Shown: positions 23,011 through 33,400, counted from the first letter of the stretch. The stretch is DNA of 64,000 nt from a bacterium (GCA_031362565.1 JANLSU010000103.1:32001-96000), one strand, 5' to 3'. Notes: generated from the letters alone by a model not told the origin. Made by a program: numbers and translations.

Positions 23011-25014
23011 ATGGCCGAACGTCCCACATTCGATCCCGTGACGCGCGCCGCACATCGCGACCAACTGCGCGGCGCGCGCCAGCAAGAGGCGGCGGCTGCC
23101 GCCGTGCGTGAACGCCGTGGCCGGCGGCTGTCGAGCGGCATCGGGCTCGTGCGCTTCGCAGTGTTCGTGGTGTTCGTGATTCTCGCGGTGCGTGTCGTCG
23201 GGCACAGTACGATGTCGTCGGCGTGGCCGGCGGCGGCTGGTTTGGTTTTCGCTGCCGTCGTCGCGGTGCATGCACGCGTCCGTAGCGCAGCCGATCATGC
23301 GGCCCGCGAGCGCCAACTCAGTGCGGAGAGCGCGGCGCGCCTCGGCGGTGCGTTTGGCCCTGGCGCCGGGGCGAGCAGCAGTGGGCAGCTCCCCGCCCAT
23401 CCGGCGTCGGATCTCGATGCCGGCGAAGCGGTGTTTCGCGCCACGGATGCCGGCGAGGCGCTCGACCCGGAAGCGCTCGCCGACTTGGGCGTCGACGGTG
23501 CGGCGCCGTCGCTCTACCGCCGGCTCGACAGCACCCAAACTCTGTTGGGCGCGCGGCGCTTGCGGCGCATGTTGCACACGCCACTGCTCGACGCTGCCGC
23601 GATTCGTGCCCGCCAAGACGCCGTGCGGGAACTTGCGGCCGAGCGCATCATGCGCGACCAGTTGCTCGAAGCCTTTGCCGTGGCGCGCGGCGCGCCCATG
23701 ACGCGCGCGCCGCTATTTCTCGCCGCACCGCGTCGCCTGTTCGGCACTTCGACCCCGGTTGTCATGGGTGCCGCAGCGTTGGCCGTGATCGCCGGTGCGG
23801 CGGCGGTGGCGTTTTGGGCCCAGTACCATCTGGCGCCGATCGTGTTCCGTACCGGCAGCGTCCTAGCCGGCGTCGGACTTCTGTTATCGATCGCCGTGCA
23901 CGCGCGGTTGCAGGGGGCGACCGCGGGGCTCCGCGATTCGTACCTGGAGCTCGAGCCCATCGTCCGGCTCGCCGCCGATGTCGCGCGCGTGCTGCTGGCG
24001 CATTCGCCCCAAAGCAGCCGCCTCGTCGAACTGCGCGCCGAATTCACCGCCCTCGTCGCCGGACGCGGTGCGGCGCGTCTCACTTCCGTGCGCCGGGCGC
24101 TGCGTCTCTTGCACGTGCACGAGTTTGGTGCCGCGTATCCGGTCGTTGAACTCTGCACTGGTTCCGAGGTGCAGGCACTCTTCGCCCTCGAAGGCAGCAT
24201 GAAGCCGCCGCACGCCAACTGGGAACGCGTCGCCGGCGCGCTCGGTGAGTTGGAAGCACTGGCGGCGCTGGCGGTCGACGCCGACGAGTGTGGTCCGTGG
24301 CCGTATGCGGAGTTTGTCGATGGCGCGCCCGAACTCGAGATCGAAGCCGGCGCCCATCCGCTGCTCGATGCGCTGCATGTCGTGCCGAACGACTGCCGGC
24401 TGGCAGGAGCGACACGCTTGGCGCTCGTGACCGGCAGCAACATGGCGGGTAAGTCGACGTTCTTGCGCATGGTGGCGTTGAATGTCGTGCTGGCGCAGGC
24501 TGGAGGCGTGGTGCGCGCCCAACGCGTGCGGCTCACACCATTGCGTTTGCGGGCGCTCATCCATGTGCGCGATTCGCTGGCCGACGGCAAGAGTTACTTC
24601 AAGGTCGAGGTCGAACGCGTCCGCGAGGTGATCGAAACCGTTGGGCGGGAAGCACATGTGCTGGCGGTGTTCGACGAGTTGTTTCGCGGCACCAACTCGA
24701 TCGAACGCATCGCGGCCGGCCGCGCGATCGCGCGCCACTTGGCGGCGTCCGGCGGACTCTTCCTGCTCGCGACCCACGACCATGAACTGGCGCGGTTGGC
24801 CGAACAGGCCGCCGACGGTGTCGTGGCATGGCACTTTGGCGACGAGGTCGTCGACGGCGCGTTGCACTTTTCATACGCGCTCGAGCCGGGTGTGAGCCGG
24901 GCCCACAACGCGATTCGCTTGCTGGAAGAGGCGGGCTACCCGACAGCGATCGTCACTGAGGCGCGCGCCGAGGCGGCGCAGCGGACCGCCGGTTTGCCGT
25001 TGGATGAGGGCTAG
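23011..25014 (+). CDS. Membrane-anchored MutS-related ATPase (MutS domains III/V only)
   Basis: Two pairs of TM helices; HPLL, TGSNMAGKSTFLR, DSLADGKSYF, DELFRGTN, ATHD. Confidence 0.88.
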   Translation: MAERPTFDPVTRAAHRDQLRGARQQEAAAAAVRERRGRRLSSGIGLVRFAVFVVFVILAVRVVGHSTMSSAWPAAAGLVFAAVVAVHARVRSAADHAARERQLSAESAARLGGAFGPGAGASSSGQLPAHPASDLDAGEAVFRATDAGEALDPEALADLGVDGAAPSLYRRLDSTQTLLGARRLRRMLHTPLLDAAAIRARQDAVRELAAERIMRDQLLEAFAVARGAPMTRAPLFLAAPRRLFGTSTPVVMGAAALAVIAGAAAVAFWAQYHLAPIVFRTGSVLAGVGLLLSIAVHARLQGATAGLRDSYLELEPIVRLAADVARVLLAHSPQSSRLVELRAEFTALVAGRGAARLTSVRRALRLLHVHEFGAAYPVVELCTGSEVQALFALEGSMKPPHANWERVAGALGELEALAALAVDADECGPWPYAEFVDGAPELEIEAGAHPLLDALHVVPNDCRLAGATRLALVTGSNMAGKSTFLRMVALNVVLAQAGGVVRAQRVRLTPLRLRALIHVRDSLADGKSYFKVEVERVREVIETVGREAHVLAVFDELFRGTNSIERIAAGRAIARHLAASGGLFLLATHDHELARLAEQAADGVVAWHFGDEVVDGALHFSYALEPGVSRAHNAIRLLEEAGYPTAIVTEARAEAAQRTAGLPLDEG

Positions 25015-25135
25015 GAAGTAGGTCGACCCGGGTCGCAGGAACACCGACTAAGTTGAAGCCGGACCCGCGACCCGGGATCTACCTGCAAAATGTACCCGCG
25101 AGCGGCACTGAAAGTGCCCGGCCTTGAGCCAAATC

Positions 25136-27463
25136 TCAGTGCAGAACGACGATTCCGGCCGTCCCGTGCGCCCCGCGCCACGCGGCGCGCGCCGCCCAGT
25201 CCAATGCACCCAACCGCCGCCAGGTGTCGATGCCGGGTGTGGTGGCCAGAGCTCGGAAACGCGCCTCGGCGGCGGCGGAATTCCCGGCCGCAAAATCCGC
25301 CCGCGCCCGCAGTTCCTCGGCGGTGCGCCGCGCCAACGGGCCGAGCGTGGCGCTCGCGAGCGCCGCGTCCAATTCCACCGCCGCGGCTTCCGGCTGGCCC
25401 GCGAAATAGAGCCGCCTGCCGAAGAGATACCGAGGGAGTGCATCCGCCGGCACCGCGAGCCGCGCCCGGACCAAGAGTCCCAGTGCCGCGGCGTCGGTGG
25501 GGGTGACATCGGTGAGGTAGTCGCGCAGGAGCGTTGCGACGCCAGTGTCGCCGAGCGCGGCGCGCAACACTTCGTAGGCGCGTGCATCGTCGGACGAGGT
25601 ACTCGCGGTCAAGCCTTGCAAATAGAAACTGTCGGCGGCCGCGACGCGGCCCAAGTGCCACGCCGCGTCGCCGGAGAGTCGCAGCGCGCGGTCGCGCACG
25701 CTCGGTCCCGCATGCGCGTCGGTCAAAGCGCTGCCGGCGAGTTCGAGCGCGCCGCGCGCGTCGCCGCCCGCCAGTTTGGCGCGCCCCCAGTCGACGAGCC
25801 GCGCCGGATCGTCGGGGTCGATCGCCAGCAAACGCGACAGCGTCGATTCGGCGCGCGTGCCGTCGCCGACGGCGCGTGCCGCCGTGGCTTGCGATTCGAG
25901 TTGAGCCGTTTCGTGGGCGCACGGCGCCGCGAAGATCGACCGCGATCCGAACAACCGGTCGGCGCGCCGCAGTTGCGGGGCCGTGGGTGGGGTGCGATGG
26001 ATGATGGCGCGCCACTCGCCGGTCAGCGCCGACAAATGCTTGCCATACGCCGCCTCGAAGTCGCCGCGGCGCCAGAGCGCGTTGAAACGCGCCATGCCAT
26101 ATGTGTCGACGAGATAGCGCACGAATGAACCCGCTGCCGTGTAGGCACGCGAACCGGAAAGCGTCCAAAAGCCCCAGGCGGAGAGCGCCCGTTCGATGTC
26201 GGGCAAGAGATGCAGCGAATCCATCGCCGCGCAGGCCTCGTGCGGCGTCATCTCGAGGCGGGCGCTTTCGTCGGCCCATTCGGCGGCGACAGCGATGCCT
26301 TCGTGAATGCCGATCTTCCAGCACACCGGCACCCAAGGATCGATTTGCGCCGCGAAGATGTGCGCCATCTCGTGGGTCAGCACCGGATGCGGGTCGTCGT
26401 TGGCGGAGTTGATGTGGAACTCGTCGGCGACGGCATCTTCGAAGCTCGTGCCGCCGGCCCCCATGAGGCGTTTCTTTTGTTCGGCGGATGCGTACACGTA
26501 GCTGCCGATGCGCCGTCCCGGGGAGCGCCCGAAAAACGCGCTCAATTGCGCATAGCGAGTCTCGTGCTCGACGGCGAGTGCCCGGGCGCGGGCTTCGGTC
26601 AGCGCACTGCGCGCGAAGTACAAGTGCACATGCGGCGTCTCGATCTCGCCACCGAGAGTGCGTTGAATGAAGGCGCGGTCGATGCGCAGTCCGAGCGGTG
26701 CGCTGAACAGCGTCGTGAGACCGAGTCCTGCGAGCACCGTGCCGAGGAGCGCCGCCACGACCGCGCGCTCGCTCTGCCAGGCGCGAACCACGTACGAGAG
26801 CCGGCCACGCCGCCCATCCCAGGCCAGCCATCCTACGAGCAGTGCCGCGATCGCTTGCGCGACGACGATCGCCCGCGCCAGCACCAGCGTTGCGGACAGG
26901 GGAATCTCGGTGTCATAGAGCGGTCCGGCGAAGAAACCGATGAAGGCGTTGTAGGCGAACTTCTGCGGCTCGGCGAGCACGAAGATGAGCGTTGAAACGT
27001 ACGTCGCCACGCTCCACAGGATGAATGTGGCGCGCGGCCGCCGGGCGCCCAACCCGAAGGTGAATCCGAAGGCGCTGCCATAGAGCACCGCGGGCAGAAC
27101 GAGTACGGCGTAAAAGCCGAGGCCCTCCACCGCGTTGCAGGCCGGCACCCAGAAGGAGCGCAGGCCCATGAGCAAGAGCGGGGTGACTGCGAGGGTCAGG
27201 TTCTCGAAGCCGGTGCGCGCCCAGACCGTGCCTGGAAAAGGCGCCGCTTCGGCATCCGGGTGGCGCCTCGCCGCACGTGCCACCCCCGCCGCGCGCCAGC
27301 CCGAGACGTAGGCGAGGACGCAGCCGAGGACGACCGCAAATTCGAAGCCCAAGGTGTTGTAGAGCGGCACCGCCCACAGAACCAGGGTCGCCACGGCCAC
27401 CACGCCGTGGGCGCGCCAGATCGCTGCAACGCGCGGAACTCCAAACGCCACCGGCGGTTTCAT
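25136..27463 (-). CDS. Multi-TM protein fused to a gluzincin (peptidase MA-like) domain and TPR-like helices
   Basis: About 7 TM segments, then HEMAH...EGIAV...AYTAAGSFVRYL, then Ala-rich helical repeats. Confidence 0.75.
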   Translation of the reverse strand: MKPPVAFGVPRVAAIWRAHGVVAVATLVLWAVPLYNTLGFEFAVVLGCVLAYVSGWRAAGVARAARRHPDAEAAPFPGTVWARTGFENLTLAVTPLLLMGLRSFWVPACNAVEGLGFYAVLVLPAVLYGSAFGFTFGLGARRPRATFILWSVATYVSTLIFVLAEPQKFAYNAFIGFFAGPLYDTEIPLSATLVLARAIVVAQAIAALLVGWLAWDGRRGRLSYVVRAWQSERAVVAALLGTVLAGLGLTTLFSAPLGLRIDRAFIQRTLGGEIETPHVHLYFARSALTEARARALAVEHETRYAQLSAFFGRSPGRRIGSYVYASAEQKKRLMGAGGTSFEDAVADEFHINSANDDPHPVLTHEMAHIFAAQIDPWVPVCWKIGIHEGIAVAAEWADESARLEMTPHEACAAMDSLHLLPDIERALSAWGFWTLSGSRAYTAAGSFVRYLVDTYGMARFNALWRRGDFEAAYGKHLSALTGEWRAIIHRTPPTAPQLRRADRLFGSRSIFAAPCAHETAQLESQATAARAVGDGTRAESTLSRLLAIDPDDPARLVDWGRAKLAGGDARGALELAGSALTDAHAGPSVRDRALRLSGDAAWHLGRVAAADSFYLQGLTASTSSDDARAYEVLRAALGDTGVATLLRDYLTDVTPTDAAALGLLVRARLAVPADALPRYLFGRRLYFAGQPEAAAVELDAALASATLGPLARRTAEELRARADFAAGNSAAAEARFRALATTPGIDTWRRLGALDWAARAAWRGAHGTAGIVVLH

Positions 27464-27515
27464 AGGGCCATGCTAGACTGAGGCCCACCCCGGAAGGAAG
27501 CAAGAGGAGGAAACG

Positions 27516-27881
27516 ATGCGATTTGGAACGAGAGCGCTCGTTGTGACCGCAGCCGTGGTCCTGGGGGCTGGGTTCGGGCTCGGACGGGCTTCGGCGCGGG
27601 TTCGCGGCGACACCGTGACCGGCGTCTTTGGAGTCGGCGGCGTGATCGTGCAACACGGTACTGACGCAGTCCTCTGGCAGTATCTGCCGGACGACAAGAA
27701 ATGGCAGACGATCGACGCAGCCTTCAAGCGCGACGGACGCGAGACGCACGTGCTGCCACTGCCCGTTCCGGCCGCCAAGATCCGCGCGATGGAGAGTTGG
27801 GGATTCCTGGTCACGACCGATGGCCAGATCTGGCACTACGACATCGACGACAACAAATGGCACGATATCGGAATGCCTTGA
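27516..27881 (+). CDS. Small exported hypothetical protein
   Basis: GAGGAGG RBS, signal-like N-terminus, two W-x-Y...DD-x-KW repeats. Confidence 0.7.
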   Translation: MRFGTRALVVTAAVVLGAGFGLGRASARVRGDTVTGVFGVGGVIVQHGTDAVLWQYLPDDKKWQTIDAAFKRDGRETHVLPLPVPAAKIRAMESWGFLVTTDGQIWHYDIDDNKWHDIGMP

Positions 27882-28055
27882 GGCCTATTGGGGCTTTGGT
27901 TGGCCCCGCGGCGCCCGCGCGCCGGAGCGCCTCCAGCCGCGGGCATCGCAACCCGGGACTTTCAGCGCCGGGGAGCGTATCTTTAGATAGAGCGCGGTGA
28001 GCAGAGCCCCATTCCCCTGTGGGCTGAGTTCCCTAAAGGGAGAGGGTTGGTTGTC

Positions 28056-29120
28056 ATGAAATGCCGCAGTTTCGTCTTCGCTTGCGCCCTCGTCGCGACG
28101 ATGGTTGCGCCGGTCTTCGCGGATCGTGCCGCCAACGGCGATGACGAGATTGGCGCTGTCCTACGCCTCGTCGCGGCCGGTGTTTCCGATGAAGTCATCG
28201 TGAAGCACATTCGTGCCGCCGGTTACGTCTTCGATCTCACGACCGACGACATCGTCGATTTGCGCCACCAGGGTGTGAGCGACACGCTGCTCGCGGCGAT
28301 GATCGACACATCGATCGACAACGGCGATGCGCCGCGGTCGACTCCGAACCGTGAGAGTGACGTCGATGACGATTCGGGTGACACGACGACACAGGTGACG
28401 CTGAGTGCCGGGTGGTTCTCGCCTTGGTACCAGTATCCGTACGCTTGGGGCTCGTACTACGATCCGTTCCCGACGTGCTACTCGTACTACTACTATCCAT
28501 TCCGCTTCTGCCATTCGTGGGGTTACTACGGCTCCAACCGTGGTTACTACTACTGCGATACATGGGCAGGATATCGCTGGTGGGACAACGTCGGCTGGTA
28601 CAACCAGTGCGCGTCGCGGCCGGGCTGCCGCATCCCGATTCATCGCACCGACGGTTTGTCGTGGCAAGCGGGCCGGGCGTTGCCGGCGAACCATGGCGTC
28701 GGCAGGGTGCGCACGCGCAACGCCAGCGAGATCGCCCGTCCGCGGCGTGAACATTGGAGTTCAGCGTCGCGTCTCGACAATCGTTTCGATCGCACCCGCA
28801 CGCGGGTGAGCGCGCCCGTCAACTCCAGCGAACCGGCGCATGCACCGCGCGGCCGCGGCTCGGAATCGGTACAAGCGCCACGCAGCCGTGCATCCGAACC
28901 GACGCGGGCACCGCGCGAGTACTCGCCGCCGGCGGCGGCGCCACGCGAGTTCTCACCGCCGGCCGCGGCGCCACGTGGGCACGAATCGGCACCCGCGCCG
29001 TCGCCGCGTGGATCCATGTCGCCACCGCCATCCAGCGCACCGCCTGCAGCTGCACGTGGTGCCGGCGTTTCAATGCCGGCGCGTGGCGAAAGCGGCGGAC
29101 GGTCACGAGTGCGTCCGTAA
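28056..29120 (+). CDS. Exported hypothetical protein with Tyr/Trp/Cys-rich core and Pro/Arg/Ser-rich repetitive tail
   Basis: Signal peptide; two GVSD helical repeats; aromatic low-complexity block; strong terminator downstream. Confidence 0.75.
   Translation: MKCRSFVFACALVATMVAPVFADRAANGDDEIGAVLRLVAAGVSDEVIVKHIRAAGYVFDLTTDDIVDLRHQGVSDTLLAAMIDTSIDNGDAPRSTPNRESDVDDDSGDTTTQVTLSAGWFSPWYQYPYAWGSYYDPFPTCYSYYYYPFRFCHSWGYYGSNRGYYYCDTWAGYRWWDNVGWYNQCASRPGCRIPIHRTDGLSWQAGRALPANHGVGRVRTRNASEIARPRREHWSSASRLDNRFDRTRTRVSAPVNSSEPAHAPRGRGSESVQAPRSRASEPTRAPREYSPPAAAPREFSPPAAAPRGHESAPAPSPRGSMSPPPSSAPPAAARGAGVSMPARGESGGRSRVRP
28908..28976 (+). repeat. About 2.3 copies of a 30-nt coding tandem repeat (APRE[Y/F]SPPAA)
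   Basis: gcaccgcgcgagtactcgccgccggcggcg / gcgccacgcgagttctcaccgccggccgcg / gcgccacgt. Confidence 0.75.
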
Positions 29121-29161
29121 AGCAACGCGAGCGCGGCAAGCTCCCGAGCGCGACTCAAGAC

Positions 29162-29200
29162 AAGAACCGGCCGCGAACCTCTCGCGGCCGGTTTCTCTTT
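29162..29200 (+). terminator. Rho-independent terminator
   Basis: AACCGGCCGCGA-ACCTC-TCGCGGCCGGTT stem followed by TCTCTTT. Confidence 0.85.
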
Positions 29201-29428
29201 GTTGAGCCTCCCCCGAGAGCACGGCGGCGCGGAAGGCGGGCGCGAGGCGCATCGCGCCGCGGAATCAAATTTGGCGCCTGATCCAAGTCGTTGACCGGTA
29301 TGGCGCGGGTGCGGTATCGCTCCCCGGCGCGGTTCATCGCCCCCTGAATGAAGGGGGGCACGGGGTCCGCAGGGGTGAGGGGTCGAGGGGCAAGGGGCGC
29401 GGGCGGATCGTCGCGGCGTTTCCCACAG

Positions 29429-29576
29429 TAGGATTCGACACGCGGCATGGCCGGGCATCGCGAGATGCTCTCGGTTGTGCATCGGGGTCGTCGCCTTGGG
29501 TCAGTCTGGCCGAGATATTGCCCCCGGTAGTCTCCGGGGGCAGGCTCGCGCCGCTCGTGACCGGCCTCCAATCCTG
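29429..29576 (+). ncRNA. Candidate structured RNA of unknown family
   Basis: Closing stem plus three nested hairpins with many G-U pairs and a GCGA tetraloop (hand-folded). Confidence 0.35.
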
Positions 29577-29678
29577 TAACTCCTTGTGTGTATGAGCATT
29601 GGCCCGATCGGCCCGAATCTCCCTGGGGGGCGTTCGGCGGGCACGGTGCAAGCGCGGGATTGCAGAGGGGGAAACCAC

Positions 29679-30422
29679 GTGCGGCGAGAGAAGCTCTTTG
29701 GCTTCATTGGCTTGGGGCTCTTCTTCCTTTTTCCACTCATCAGCGTCTTGCAGGTGAGCGACGTCGACGGGGCGTGGCGCCAGGTCGTTGCCAACACGCA
29801 GCCGAGCGTGGTGCGCATTACGAGCCTCGACGACGGCGTGGCTGCGGTCTCGGGCGTGGTTGTCGAACGCACCCCGCTCCGCGTCGCGATTGCCGGGCGC
29901 TCGGAGAGCGCCGTGCTGCGAACGGCCTCGGGCGACGGTTGGCTCGAATGGCAGCCGGTTTACGCCGATCCGCATGGCGATTTCACGATTCTCGAAGCCC
30001 GCACGGCGACTGCCGCGGCGGCGAGCGTCCCGGCTCCGACCGCGGTCGACCCAGCGGTCATCGGTGACATGACTGCGGCCCCGGAAGACGACCGGGGCGT
30101 GGTGGCAGTCCTCGTCGCACCCTCGGCGCGCCCCGAACTGCCGATGTGGGTGGGCAAGCTGACGGCGCAACGTGGCGCCGACGGCCGCCCGTCCTACCAA
30201 GGGGATGGCCTGCGGCCGTTGCGCGCCGATGTCGTCGGCACGGCGGAAGCCGAAGCCGCGGCGCCGCCCGTCGATCCGGCGCTGTGTGGCGCGCCGTTCG
30301 TGACCCGCGACGGGGTGGTGCTGGCGCTCTATGCCGGCCGTACCGCCGACGGCATTCGGGCGGTCCCCATGGCACTCGTCCGCGACGCGATGGCAGTACT
30401 CGATCGTCACGCTCGGCACTGA
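29679..30422 (+). CDS. Membrane-anchored trypsin/HtrA-like fold protein with degenerate active site
   Basis: N-terminal TM; PSVVRI, SGVVV, DPHGDFTILE and PALCGAPFVTRDGVVLAL align by eye with HtrA motifs. Confidence 0.6.
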   Translation: MRREKLFGFIGLGLFFLFPLISVLQVSDVDGAWRQVVANTQPSVVRITSLDDGVAAVSGVVVERTPLRVAIAGRSESAVLRTASGDGWLEWQPVYADPHGDFTILEARTATAAAASVPAPTAVDPAVIGDMTAAPEDDRGVVAVLVAPSARPELPMWVGKLTAQRGADGRPSYQGDGLRPLRADVVGTAEAEAAAPPVDPALCGAPFVTRDGVVLALYAGRTADGIRAVPMALVRDAMAVLDRHARH

Positions 30423-30464
30423 ACGCGCCGCCGGCGCGACTCGATCCGGCATAGAATCCGGCCC

Positions 30465-33400
30465 ATGAAGGCCCGATTCGAATTCGTTCTCGCTCCACTC
30501 CATCCCGACCTGCAAGCCGCGCTCTTCGCGGCGTGGCCCGCCGCATCCTTCGATGCCGTGCCGCGCACCGTCGTCGTGCCGACGCGTGCCCTCGGACGGT
30601 TTCTGTTGCGTGAGCGGGCCCGGCTCGGCACCGCGACGTGCGGCGTGCGCACCCTGACCTGGCTCGAACTCGGTCTCGAACTCAGCGCGTCGGAACGCGA
30701 CGCCGAAGCGCGGCGCTTTCTGGGATCCGAAGCCCAGGCCTGGCTCGTGCGCCAATTGCGCGAGACAACGTCACGCGCCCCGACGCCGTTCGATGCGGCG
30801 CTCGACGTGCGCGGGTTTCGCGCCGTCTTGCAGCGCGCGTTCGACGCCCTGTCGCGCGCCGGACTTACGAGCCGCCGTGACGTCGAACGCTTTCTCGTGC
30901 ACCACGGGTTCGATCTGCCGCTCGCCGCGCGGCATGTTCTCGAATTGGGCCTCGCCTATCGCACCAGCTTCGAAGCCACCCACGATGATGCCGCAGCCGT
31001 CCTAGCGCGCGCCGCCCGGGTGCCGGCCGGGCGCTGGCGCGAGGTGCTCGGCACGGCGCATTTGGAGGTGTACGGCTTCGACGCTCTCGATGCGGTCGAG
31101 TTGCAACTGCTGGGGCGTCTTACAACGGAGCCCGGGCTCGATCTCGCGCTCTACATTCCGTACCAGGAAGGCGCCGAGCCGGTCCTGGCACGGCGCGTCC
31201 GTGAACTCGGCGCTCTCGAACGCGCGGTTCCGGCGGCCGTGCCCTACGCGCCCGAGACGCGCTTCGTGGCTGCACCGAGCGATGAGTCCGAGGCCGAAGA
31301 GATTGTCCGGCACTTGCTGCGTGCCGCCGCCGGCGGGATTCGCTTCGATGCCATGGCGGTCGTGGCGCGCAACTCGCGCCGATTGGACCTCGTGCGCTCG
31401 ACGCTCGGGCGATGCGGCGTGCCGTACACGCTGCAGCCGGGTGCGTCGCTGCAAGGCACGCGTTCCGGGCGCGCCTTGGTGGCGTTTTTCGAGGTGCTGG
31501 ATGCAGGCATTCGTCTCGATCCGGTGTTGGCGTTTCTGGCGCTCGCGCCGGTTCGCTGGCACGATTGGGCTGGGCTCGAGACTGACGCCGTGGTGTCGGC
31601 GTGGGAGCGCGCGGCACATGCGGCGGGCGTTGGCCGCGGCCTTGCCGAATGGACCGCGCAACTCGAACGGTACGCAACCGATTTGGAAGCCGAGGCGGCG
31701 CGCCGCGAGGCGGACTCGGAACCGGCGCAGCGGGCCCGCGACGCGGCGCGCGCGGCGCGTGAACTGTTGCAGGTCGTGACCGTGCTCGACGCCGAGGCCG
31801 GGCGCTTTCCGGTCCGCGCGCGCTGGCGCGAATGGGTCGACGCGACGGCCGCGTGGCTCGTGCGCACGTTGGCGCCAAGCGTCGAACTCGACGCTGTGGG
31901 AAGTGCCGTCGGCCGATTGCAGAGCCTGGAAGGTCTCGGCCGTTCGTTGCCATCGCGCGCCGATTTTCGCGATGCGGTTCGCAGTGTGCTCGCCGACGCG
32001 ACGTTGACCCGGCCATCGGACACGGTGCCGGCTGTTTGGCTCGGCACCAGTAGTGCCCTGTGGGGCGCGAGCTTCGATGTCGTGTGCATCGCCGGATTGC
32101 GCGAGGGCGAGTGGCCGGCGGCGGCGCGCGACGATCCGGTCTTGCCCGATCGCTTGCGCACCGCGCTGGCGAATCGTCTCGCCGATGACGAGTCACTGCC
32201 GTCGCGCCACGCGGCCGTCGAGCGCGAGCGGCGCGAGTTCGTGCAATGGTGCAGGGCGGCGCGACAGCGGCTCGTTTTGACCTGGGCGCGGCTCGATCCG
32301 GCGACCGGAGCACCGGGCCTGCCGTCGACGCTCGGACTCGAATTCGCCTCGGCGCTCGCCGGCCGGCCGCTCGACTATGAGGGCATCGAAACCTGGGACG
32401 GCACGGAGCGTGTGGCGCTGCGGCGCACCGGTGCCGAAACTGCGGCCGAGCCGCTCGACCTGGCGGAACTCGACGTGTGGACCGTGGCCGGCCTGCCGCC
32501 GGCAGCTGCACGCCGTTATGTGGCCGGACTCGGCAGTGTCGCGGCGCGCGGCCAGGCCCTCGAACGGTTGCGCCAGAATACGCCGCGCTTCACGAGCGTC
32601 GATGGCTGGCTTGCAGGACCGGCGGCGCGCGCCGCGCTCGAGGCGCGCGGCGCTCCCACCAGCATCAGCGTCAGCCAACTCGTCACCTACGCTACCTGTC
32701 CATTTCGCTATTTCATGCGCTACATGCTGCGCGTCGAACCGCTCGACCGCGATGAACCGCGCGATTTGTCGGGCCAAGAATCCGGCAAGTTGGTGCATCG
32801 CATTCTCGAACAGTTTCACCGCGACCTGCAGCGCGCCGGCATCAGCCTGGCTGAACTGACCGACGCTGAACTCGGGGCGCGCTTCGCGGCCGCCTTCGAA
32901 GCCGGTTGCCGCGAAGTCGAAGCGCGCGGCCGCACCGGGGCGCGCCTGCTCTGGGCGGTGCGCAAACAGCGCCTGCGCGACGACCTATCGCGTGCCCTGC
33001 GGTTCGAACGCCAACGGAGCGGCCGCTGGCAGCCGCGCGAATTCGAACAGCGCTTCGGCAGAGGTGGCAAGGGCGTTCCAAGCCTGCGCTTGGACGACGG
33101 CTCGCTGGTCGGGCTGCACGGCGTCATCGACCGCGTCGATGTCGATCCCGAAACCGGTGGGTTGTGTGTCATCGACTACAAGACCGGGCGCGCGCTCACC
33201 GGCCGCACCGGTGACCCGGCGGCGGTGCAACTCGTCGTCTATCTGCATGTGGCGACGGCCGGCCATCCGGAGCAATTGGCGGCGAGTGAAGCGCGCTTTG
33301 CGTACGTGACGCGGCGGGCGCAATTCGCACTGCAGCGCTTGCCGGGACCGGTGCTCGCAGCGCGGGCCAACGATCTGGTGGCGTTCGTGTCCGGCGTCGT

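Noticed and set aside
23011..25014. Canonical mismatch-repair mutS or mutS2
   Set aside because: No mismatch-binding domain I or Smr domain, and it has TM helices; a MutS-related ATPase only.
28908..28976. CRISPR-like repeat
   Set aside because: In-frame degenerate coding tandem repeat with no spacers and no cas genes.
29425..29445. tmRNA or tRNA (GGATTCGAC motif)
   Set aside because: No GGGG 5' acceptor stem, tag reading frame, cloverleaf or CCA end could be built.
29155..29571. Minus-strand 138-aa ORF with an AAGGAG-like RBS
   Set aside because: Arg/Pro-rich shadow-like composition, runs through a terminator hairpin, no recognisable domain; not fully excluded.
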